From: Vicugna vicugna
Lineage: Eukaryota
NCBI GenBank assembly: GCA_013265495.1
Contig: MU058463.1
Span: 1,759,523-1,823,522, forward strand
Direction of reading: 5' to 3'
DNA: 64,000 nt
A program made the translations under genes and the position numbers. This document shows, in pieces, positions 39,203 to 48,642 of the stretch (its first letter is position 1; every line of letters starts with the position of its first letter). The notes under the pieces were generated by a model. The model saw only the letters and a list, made by a program, of their open reading frames with translations, was not told the DNA's origin and did no database searches.

Positions 39203-39345
39203 CTTGTTTTTTTCTCTTGGTTTATGAGAGGGAGGGTAATTGGATTGATTTATTTATTTATATTTGGAGGAGGTACTGGGGATTGAACCCAGGACCTCGT
39301 GCATGCTAAGCATGTGCTCTACTGCTTGAGCTACACCCTCCCCGC
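39203..39345 (-). mobile_element. Camelid tRNA-derived SINE (vic-1-type) with 15-bp TSD
   Basis: ggtactggggattgaacccaggacctcgtgcatgctaagcatgtgctctactgcttgagctacaccctcccc; TSD ttcataactatttca at 39188-39202 and 39346-39360. Confidence 0.92.
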
Positions 39346-39774
39346 TTCATAACTATTTCAACCTTGATTAGTCTTCTATCCCAGAACCTGTGACTCACTG
39401 GCTGAGAATAAGTAATAGCAATTATCAAGTATGTCTTTAACATAGAAATACATTTTAAAAATTACCATGAAAATCAATTTATTACATAAGGATGGCATGC
39501 AGGTTTTGGCAAGTTCACCCCAGATAACTTAATATATTAGTATATTATGTACATATGCGCACACACACATAAATATCTTGTTGTATGCTAATTTTTTTAA
39601 GAATAAAATACTTAAGTGTATCTACATGGCAAAAAGACACATGGCAAGTTGGTTATTACCCAGTTAATAATCCAGAATTGATGAAAGACTAGAAAACTCA
39701 AATTCTAAAGTGGATTTTTTTTTTCTATTTTGTGAAAGGGAAAAGATAAGCAGAATTTTATTTTGTTGATTCAT

Positions 39775-39989
39775 GTTACAGCAACAAACATTTGCATAGG
39801 GCTCCACAGTTTCTAAAACTTTTGCCCAAGTCACCCCACTGAATTCTCAGAAGAGCCCTTAAGGTAGATGAGATACTCCTTTTAGAGAAAAGGAAATCAA
39901 AGTGTAAGGAATTTAAATGACCCACCAGTAAGGGTTGGAGTCAGAACTAAAGCCTTCGTGTCTGAATCCAATTCCATTCCTTCTCCAGC
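39775..39989 (-). mobile_element. MIR SINE
   Basis: gaattctcagaagagcccttaaggtagatg...aaggaaatcaaagtgtaaggaatttaaatgac...gtctgaatcca. Confidence 0.55.
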
Positions 39990-40029
39990 CACTTCACTTC
40001 ACTTCACTTCACTTCACTTCACTTCACTT
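39990..40029. repeat. (CACTT)8 pentanucleotide microsatellite
   Basis: Seen directly. Confidence 0.95.
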
Positions 40030-40089
40030 GATACACTGTAAAGTCTTTGTGGGTAGAATCTCTAAATAAACAAACCAACAAAACCCCAA

Positions 40090-41085
40090 GATGCTATAAT
40101 GACCTGGGAGAGCAGATATCTCTTTGAGAGCCTCATTTCAATCCTTTTGGATAAACACCCAGAAACAGGATTAGGGAATCATATAGCAGTTTTACTTCTA
40201 ATTTTTAAAACTGTTCTCTAAAGTGGCTGCACCATCTTACATTCCCACTAACAGTGCACAAGGGTTCCAGTTTCCTTACATCCTCAACAACACTGTTATT
40301 ATCATTTTCTGTGGCGGTGGTTTTACAATGACCATCCTAACAGGTGTGAGGTGATATTTCCTTGTGGCCTTGATTTGCATTTTCTTGATGATTAGTGATG
40401 TTGAGCATCCTTCCCTGTACTGTTGACCATTTATTTGTAAGTCTTCTTTGGAGAAATGTGTATTTAATAACTTTGCCGATTAAAAAAAAAACACACCTTA
40501 TTTGGTTTTTCGCTGTTGAGTTATAGGAGTTCCCTGTGTATTTTGGATATTAACTTCTTACCAGATGTATGATATTTACACTCCATGTCCAGTGCAGCAT
40601 CATTCAAAATAGGCAAAACAACATAAATATCATAGGCAGATGAATGGATAAATAAAATGTGAGATATAATAGATGCAACTGTTATATATATCAATTATAT
40701 ATATAATTCAGCCATAAAAAGGAAGGAAATCCCGTCACGGGCCACAGTGTGGGTGAACCTGGAGGACATTATGTTAAGTGAAATAAACCAGTTATGGAAG
40801 GACAAATCCTGCCTGATTCCACTTATATGAGGTATCTAGCGTTGTCAGGCTCAGTGAAGCAGAAAGTAGAAGGATGGTTGCCAGGGGCTGAGGGGGGTGG
40901 GGGTGGAGTGGGAGTTGCCTGCTGCTCAATGGGTGTAAAGTTTCAGTCATGACGACGAAACAGTTCCAGAAATCTGCAGCACAACATTGTGCTTCTAGTT
41001 AACAGCCCTGTAGTGTATACTTAAACCTTTGTTAAGAGGGTAGATCTCACGTTATGTGTTTTTTTTTACCACAATAAACAAACAG
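40090..41085 (+). mobile_element. L1MB-type element with 5' inversion (40090-~40572 antisense, ~40573-41085 sense)
   Basis: Antisense part ggtgtgaggtgatat...tgatttgcattttcttgatgattagtgatgttgagcat; sense part gatgaatggataaataaaatgtg...gaacctggaggacattatgttaagtgaaataa...gttaagagggtagatctcacgtta. Confidence 0.85.
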
Positions 41086-41143
41086 ACAGATGAAAACAAG
41101 ATGAAGGAGAAGATGGGGACACTCACATACAAAAATCTATTCA

Positions 41144-41568
41144 CATGAAAGTGATAGCACATGGTATTTTTCTTTCTCTTTCTGGCTTACTTCACTTAGA
41201 ATGACATTCTCCAGGTCCATCCATGTTGCTGCAAATGGCATTATTTTTTATGGTTGCATAGTATTCCATTGTATAAAAAACAGACACAGACTCACATAGA
41301 AAACAAACTTATGGTTACCCAGAGAGGGAAGCAGGTGGGAAGGGATATACTGGGAGTTCAAGATTTGCAGATACTAACTGCTATATATAGAATAGATAAA
41401 CAACAAGTTTATACTGTACAACACAGGGATTTTCAATATCTTGTAATAACTTATGGCTAAAAAGAATAAGAAGATGAATATATGTATGTTCCTATATGAC
41501 TGAAGTATTTTCCGTACTTCAGAAATTGATGCCCCATTGTAAACTATACTTCAATAAAAATATATTTA
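41144..41568 (+). mobile_element. Younger camelid/artiodactyl L1 3' end with 5' inversion and 13-bp TSD
   Basis: 41144-~41274 antisense (cttacttcacttagaatgacattctccaggtccatccatgttgctgcaaatggca); ~41275-41568 sense (cagactcacatagaaaacaaacttatggttacc...aataaaaa); TSD aaaaatctattca at 41131-41143 and 41569-41581. Confidence 0.9.
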
Positions 41569-41736
41569 AAAAATCTATTCAGCACAGGACTGAATACAAA
41601 TCCATGGCAGATGACAATTCAGAGCATCACTTGGGGCCACTCTATGTTCCACGGATAGGCAGTTGGGGCAGTGACACCAGGAGGCCACCTGCTGAGAACT
41701 GGACCAAAAAGTGACCGGAGGTGGGACTCGTGCAAT

Positions 41737-41749
41737 TAACCTTTGACCC
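41737..41749 (-). promoter_or_regulatory. DR1 nuclear-receptor element (HNF4/COUP-TF/PPAR:RXR type)
   Basis: GGGTCA-A-AGGTTA on the - strand, ~160 bp upstream of a gag|gtaagc donor. Confidence 0.45.
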
Positions 41750-41912
41750 CTTTGCTATTCACCATCACAGTGGAGCAGACTTGGCTGGCTCTCCTCATGT
41801 TCATCTCCCTACCCCCTCAGAGTGAAGCTGCCCTAAATTCAGCCCCTTTTGTGAGGGGTGGGTACGGACGGATGTTCACATTCTGGCCTTCCGGAAACGA
41901 GTTCAGAGGTAA

Positions 41913-41916
<4 letters not shown>

Positions 41917-41957
<41 letters not shown>
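41917..41957. repeat. poly(T)41 run
   Basis: Seen directly, between gtaagc and acag. Confidence 0.9.
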
Positions 41958-41960
<3 letters not shown>

Positions 41961-43249
41961 GTCAAGGAGATCTCTGGTTTATGAGAGTAAACTCGGTTAC
42001 ATTTTTGGCTACAGATGACTAGCTCTCTGAGGAAATGCAGATGGACAGTACTTGGAGTCTGGAGAAATGTGGAAAATCTGATGAGGAAGGTGTGGGCCTG
42101 GCCAATGGAAAGCGTTTTGGTGGGTCTAATGATTTTGGGAAAATCTCTGCAAGGCTGGAACATTTTGCCACACATAAGTGGTTATTTCCTTAGCCTCTTC
42201 TACATTCACTGAGGGCTCTGTGTAGCCGATTCGAGAGCAAGAAGACTGAAAAACAGTCCCAACGTGAGTTGGTCAGGAGAGGTATTTCAGTTTAGGTTTT
42301 TCAAATGGATTGCGTGTAACAAAGCCTGTATTTCTTTTTCATTTCAAATGAAATCTGCCTCATTCTGGTTCATTTAACTCTTGGCAACACCGTTTCATAT
42401 GTTCGGAAAGCCCTCGGAGCCCTTTGAGGGAGGACTGTAAGGGCCTTCACCACCGCCCCCCCTTCTGGAGAAGCAGGAAATCAAGTTCTGCCAAACGCAA
42501 ATGTGCTCAGCCTCCGCCGCAAGGCCAAGTGTCAGGACGCAGCGCGCGCCCGCATTTCAGACGGCGTGCCCCGCACACACGGTATCTGGGGGGTCTAGGA
42601 GACCACCAGACCTCATCGTGACATATTTAAAATTTGTGATTTCAAGAACACTCATTGACACAAAACGTCTTAGACCTACGAGAGTACGTTAGAATGTCTT
42701 TCCATCCTTGTCATGGTGGCTTCGGGACCCCTGTCCCCAAGAGTTCCGAGAGCCCCCTGTTTCTACAGTGGTCTGTGTTCTGTTTTGCGAAAGGCAGGCC
42801 TCTCTCGGACCCTCAGGTCATAGTTGATCCATACCGATTGCCTGAAAAATGGCACTGGCTTTGCTGAAAGAAAATAGAAGCTGGTCCCTTGAAAGCTGCT
42901 GCTGTCCCTCCAAGGGTTAATGGAGTCAGTTCCAAAGGAGTTAGGCAACCACTGAAATAGGATAATAAATGTGACACTCTCAGACTATCAGTAGCAAATA
43001 TTTGAGCTTATCAAATAACGGAGGAAGTAGTTTAGTTACAAATAAACCAATCTCTCATAAAACAAGTTTTCACACAGGGTCATTTCGCTGAGCTGGAGAC
43101 AGCTAGAGGCCCCTCGGAGGCAGAACTCCCACTCTGTGTACACTGGGCAACAGCCCCTCGTGATTAATGGACAGCCGGGGGTGGGGGTGGGGGGAGGCTG
43201 CATCCCGCGGGCGGGCGGCTCTGCTGAGAAACCGAGCTGGGCTGCGTAT

Positions 43250-43452
43250 CAGCAGAGCGGCCATAAACAGCATCTCAGGATTATTGCGAGGAAGTGACTC
43301 ATCCTCTGGGAACATAGCTGGATCTGTGCTCCCTCTCTCTCACCACCCGCCTTCCTTCTCTCCCTTCTTGCCCCTGGAGAGCCGAGACCAGCGCGTCCTA
43401 GAAACTATAGTCGATGTCACCGCTTGGCACTCGCTGCGCAGAGAGAGGACAA
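43250..43452 (+). other. Probable first exon (5'UTR) of an unidentified gene; start approximate
   Basis: Within the CpG cluster; ends at donor caa|gtatgt (43452/43453) followed by G-rich intron start. Confidence 0.55.
43289..43301 (+). promoter_or_regulatory. ETS/AP-1 composite element
   Basis: AGGAAGTGACTCA: ETS core GGAAGT overlapping consensus AP-1 TGACTCA. Confidence 0.6.
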
Positions 43453-46014
43453 GTATGTGGGTGTGAGGGGGAGGCGGAAAGCTACTCTTAAAGGAACAGC
43501 GCCCGGGCCCGCCAGGGGCTCGGGAGGCTGTTGTTCCACCGCCTTGGGAACCGGTGTGTTGAAGGCATCTAATTTGGATTCCGGAAAAAGCACAAATGCT
43601 GCGTTAGGGGAGAGAGAGAGAGAGAAACTAGAGCTCCTTGTTTAAAAGTAAAATTCTCATTGAGATTAAGAAGAAATAACAAACTATCTTGGCATGATTT
43701 GACGAATTCGCCAAGTAAATAGAAAAAGAGAGAACACTGCCAGAGCCTTGGGATGTGAATGTCACCTCTAACGGAACAGAAATATGCATGTGATATTTCT
43801 ATATTATGATATCATAGGAAGTTTGTTTTATTCCCCCAAAGATTGTAAAAATAAAACATGTAGATTATACAGGATACAGAAATAGAAATATAAAGCTGAA
43901 AAAATTCAACCATGATACCACCATTTGAAGGCAACCATTCTGAACACTTCGTGTATTTTCTTCCAACATCTTTAAAAATAGATTGTTGAGACCTTAACCA
44001 TATGTAGAATTTTGTTTCTTACTATTTTCAGCCAACATTTTAGCATAATGATGGCCCCATCTTGTTAATTCAATCTTCCCTTATACATAATTTTAAAGCT
44101 GCAAAATACTTATTTTGCAACTTTAATTAACATAGGAAAGTTTTGGAAGAGGGATAAGTTTGGCTAAAAGCAATATCTGCTCTATTGTTGAGGCGTATTA
44201 TTTATATATTAAAAATTATACTTGATCTGTTTCTAATAAAAATGGAAGGGAAAATTCTATGCTATTATTCTCATGGTTAACTCATTAACTTTTGTATTTA
44301 AAAAAAATATTCTGGCAATTGAATCTGCCACAGAACTATAAGAGAATCAGTCCCAATTCCCTTCCTCACGATGTCCTTAACCCCCTAATGCCCTTTCCAA
44401 GTTCACGAACCCTTACTGACTATCCACCTTTAGATATCAAGATGAATCACAGAGTGAAGGCATGACTTTCGCTCGCCCCCCACCCCCAATCCCTACAGTA
44501 CCTGCATTTAGATGCATTTTGTTTATGTGGGACATCTGGAACTACTCTGGATGACCAGTATCTTTTCTGGGTCCAGGAACTGGACACATTTTCTCTCAAT
44601 CAGCCCCGGAGCCATTACACATTCTGAACAGTAACTCCACCGTGTCTTACCAACAATGCCTCTGCCTTTCTCTTATTTAATCCAGAATAAAAGTTATGTT
44701 GTGAATGTTTGCGAAGAAATATGGTACTGAATTCACTTAAAATCTTCAATATGCCTTCTAGTGTAAGGTATGTCCTCTTCCTGCTCCCAGAACAGTAACA
44801 ATGCTCGCTAAGGGTTAAAACACCGTGGTGGTCCTGTGCATGGAGGTGGAAGTCCTGGAGATGACTCCTCTTCCCAAAGCATCGGATTCAGCTGATATCC
44901 AAATAGGGTTCCTCTAAACTGACTTTAGTTTTCATCCCTATGAGACTTACATTATAGGACAGAAAATAGTTTCCTTTTAGAATAAAATTCAAGCTTACCT
45001 AGATTTTTTTTTCTTGCCCCAGAATAGATATAATTTAGAAGGTAGTTTTGAAAGCTTGGATTTGCAGAATCCAAACCGAATGTTAATAGCCTTCTATACA
45101 TTTACTTGGTCAGAACTTCCTGAGAAAGGAGAGCCCAAATACTGAGGCATATTGTTCTTGCAAAGTACTAAATATTGGTGTTGTGTCTCACTTAGAGAAT
45201 TTCTTTCAAGTTAGTGGCAGCTTTAAGTTTTAGGGAAGTCTGCAAGATAAAGAAACCAAGAATTTGGACTATGGATTAGAAGAAATATTAATATGTCTCT
45301 ACCTTTTTCTTCATCAAATCATTTGCAGTTAGTGAAAACACTTATGTTGAGTAACCACTGTATGAAGATGGATGTAAATGAACATTTATTAAGCACATAC
45401 TATGTGCCAAGATTCATTTACACTTAAATATTTAATTTAAACCTTGCTACAGTTTTGGGGAGTAAGTTACTAATTTCATCAAGTAACAAACCAAACATGT
45501 ATAATTAGTAAAGTCTGGAAGGTCAGTCATCTCAAATTTGATAACCACAAAGGACAATTATTCACTTTTTAACAGACAAAGATGCTTCCAGGAGCCTATC
45601 ACACAATACTGAAACATAAAACTAGAAAGAAATCCAATCAGAGGGAAAATTCTAAAAGAAATCCTAAAGGTAAACTTATCTAAAGATACAGCATTGTTTT
45701 CTTCTGAAAATTCGAATTTGGAATTTCTGAAGAACTATGACAACCTTCTGTCATAAAGCGAGAAAGTCAAGGAAAAAGTGAGAATATCATTTTAGTACCA
45801 TAATCGGAGGTTCCGTCAAGTCTCTGTTTCCTTCTCCTGATGAATGAACACTCACTTTCCAGTTTCCCCAATTATTGTTCTCATTCTTTCTGGGTCATTT
45901 GACCCAATCCTGTTTCTGCATGGGTAAGCCCCACTTCCGCTATTGGAGCAGAGGACCTCAGGGGCCTCGGAAGGGAGGCAAAGGGAGTAAAACCCGGGGG
46001 CAGGAGAGGAAAAC

Positions 46015-46265
46015 CATGAGAATCCCAAGAGCACCGCGGTTTGTGGAAGGCTTTCTCTGTGGTCAGGTCTGTGCCAGGCGCCCTGCTTGTGATTCTCACC
46101 GCAGTGCTGGGTGGTGGGTGTTCAGTTCTTACTTCCTGCTGAGAAACTTGAGGCTCAGAGAGGTTAAAAAATTTGCCCAAAACAACAGCTAGGAAGTGCC
46201 AGAGTCATTGTCTAAACTCAGATCTGACTTCAAAATGTTGCTTTTTCATCGTTGACTGTGTTGTT
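46015..46265 (-). mobile_element. MIR SINE
   Basis: gagaaacttgaggctcagagaggttaaaaaatttgcccaaaacaacagctaggaagtgccagag...aaactcagatctgacttcaaa. Confidence 0.8.
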
Positions 46266-46309
46266 CTCTCACAGGTAGAGTGGTTTTCTAACACTCTCAT
46301 TTATCACAG

Positions 46310-46399
46310 GTCACAGGCAGACACTGACAAATAGAAAACTAAAGGAAACCAAGCGCATCACGTCTAACGGTTCATCAAGAGACTGGGTTATCAGAGGAT
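46310..46399 (+). other. Probable 90-nt second exon
   Basis: Branch-point-like ttctaac (46286-46292), acceptor ctctcatttatcacag|g, donor gat|gtaagt; purine-rich body. Confidence 0.6.
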
Positions 46400-48024
46400 G
46401 TAAGTTCCTTATTCTTCGGAGCTGGAGTTCCTTATTTCTCCTTTGGATTCCTGAGAACTAAGCCAGAGGCAAGGACTGGCATTTTCTCAGATCACCTTGG
46501 TGTCTGCAGTTCCATGTTCTGTGCTGACTACCTCGAACCTTTCCTCACGCGCGACTAGACTCGCACCGTTACCTGATGGAAAAAAAAGTCCCCGATGACG
46601 TTTCAGGATAGAATTCACATAGAACGTGAGATAGAATTCTTCACACAATTCCATTCTTTTAGGTTCCTGATGAGAGCTGCCTTAAAGCTAGAAGAGGGTA
46701 TAATAGAAGGAGAGTCAGGTGGCCATGACAGAACTATATACTCAATGGATTGCTCCGTTGGCTTCCTCAACTCTCAGTATATCCTGAAGTGGCCTGATAA
46801 GCCTTGACATGGCATCCAAAAGGGATAGCCGCACCCTCTGGGCTTGTCAGGAGTCAGAAAGATATTTTTATCGTTTCACATCAGATTTGCACATGTTGTA
46901 TCTTGCATTTGACATAAATCATCCTTCAAATACAACAGCTACTATTAAATACTCTGGTGCTTTTCCAGAATTAATATTGAACAATTACGGTTGTCTACGG
47001 CTCTTGCGTTTAACTGACGACTCAACACCAGTATGTACATCAATCTGTACATGTTTTTATTACAGGAATAAGACTTCTGCAAATATTAAGCCAGTTCACT
47101 TAAGTTGTTTCCCTTTAGTAAAATTTCTTTTGCATAGTTTCAAGGCTGAGCACAGCCTATCCCTTCAGGATGGGATGGAGCAGGGAACTGACCGCATAAC
47201 AAAGCAATGGGCTTGAAAGGCGGGCTTTGTGGAGAGCAGCACTGGGAATTGCTAAATCCCTTGGCTAAACCCTGCTTCATCTGCTTCCTTCTGCAGCACC
47301 TCTTCCTGCACATGTGCGCACACTAGTCTTAACATTTCAACACCACCAGGAAGACCTCCATCATAAGGTCCTCCACATTTGTAGAGAAAAATTTATATAT
47401 ATATATATTTTTTTTTACTGTATTTACTGTTAAAGCATAGCCTAGAGGCTGGCTTTTGGTAGGAGGGAAATGGTGCAAAGGGGAAAAAAAAATTATCCTT
47501 TTCATTCCAGGGGATTATGGGAAGAGAAAGAAAAGAAACATTGGTCTTTGAAAATATATTTGCACTCCCTCATATTTTGGTTCTAAATAGCATCTGCTAC
47601 TCACTATTGAAAAATGTATTCTCTGTTATGGCACTTAATAGGCTAGAGTGGAGCTGGTTTCAGGGATACATTATGTGGTATAAAAAGCCCAGTGTGAAGG
47701 AAAGATAGACACACATCAACGGTAGAGCAGTGCGCCCACCTAGCGCTCATGGATGCTGCTGCTTTTAAATTTGGAGAGTTTGGATTCTCTCTGGGCGTCC
47801 TTCAGATGGATGTTAGCAGGTACTGATGGACTTTAGAGAACCCTTGGGGTTCACTCTTTAACCCCCAGCCATCTAAAGAAAACTGATAAGATTAGAACAC
47901 CAAGAAAATTCTTGAAACTCTTTTATTTACTTAGCTCATTTCCAAAGTGAGTCTTAGTTAGTCTGGACCCTCCAATGAATTTCTGAACTTGTTGGCATAG
48001 CACTGGTGCCCTCAGACTAGAATC

Positions 48025-48202
48025 AATGGCTCTCACCTCTGGCTGAGCCCTACGATTACCTGGTGAGCTTGGAAAGCCACTGAAGCCCAGGCCCAAACTG
48101 AGACCCATTAAACCAGCATCTCCAGGGGATGGGGTTCTGGCACCAGTCCTTCTAAAAATCTCTCCAGGTAATTATAACATGCACCTGGGCCAAGAATGAC
48201 TT
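48025..48202. mobile_element. MER5-family (MER5A/B) hAT-Charlie MITE
   Basis: attacctggtgagctt...aagcccaggccc...attaaaccagcatctccaggggatgggg...ctctccaggtaattataacatgcac. Confidence 0.7.
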
Positions 48203-48468
48203 AGTTAGTGGTAAATTACTATTGTCCAACAGTGGCAAGCAATTTTCATTCATGGGCCTCTTCCGGAGCCAGCTATGTGTAATTTTATTTGTTACCACTC
48301 AGGAAGGTTCTAAGCACAGAAACATGTTTCCTTTACTGAAGGATATATTGTTCATTTGTCTTAATTTAAAGGAGCAAAACTGTGACAAGAGCACATATGG
48401 AGGCAAAAGAAGTGTTGCTGTTAATCCACACACACGTGTGTCTCTGGTGTGTGTAAGGTGGGACTAAA

Positions 48469-48642
48469 GCAGGCCTTCCCAGCCTCGGTGCTAGTCATCT
48501 ATTGGGCCAGTTAATTGTCCGTGTGTGGGAGGGACCTTCCTGTACGTTGTAAGACATGTAGCCTTCTTCCTGACTTTCATTCACTAGAGGCCAGCAGCAA
48601 CCCCCTCCCAGTTGTGACAAACAAAAATGTCTCCAGACAATA
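48469..48642. mobile_element. MER20 (hAT-Charlie)
   Basis: ttgggccagttaattgtc...cctgtacgttgtaagacatgtagc...cactagaggccagcagcaaccccctcccagttgtgacaaacaaaaatgtctccagaca. Confidence 0.85.

Larger units (their letters stand above)
42400..43620 (+). promoter_or_regulatory. CpG-rich promoter region (two CpG clusters, ~42400-42760 and ~43100-43620)
   Basis: Marked local CpG/GC enrichment against an AT-rich background, GC-box-like gggcgg, G-tracts, and no repeats evident. Confidence 0.75.

Noticed and set aside
42400..46399. Naming the gene (the layout of non-coding exon 1, a short exon 2 about 3 kb later and a long intron suggested, for example, CMKLR2/GPR1)
   Set aside because: No coding exon lies in the window and I cannot match the UTR sequence from memory. 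Many genes share this layout, so BLAST or synteny is needed.
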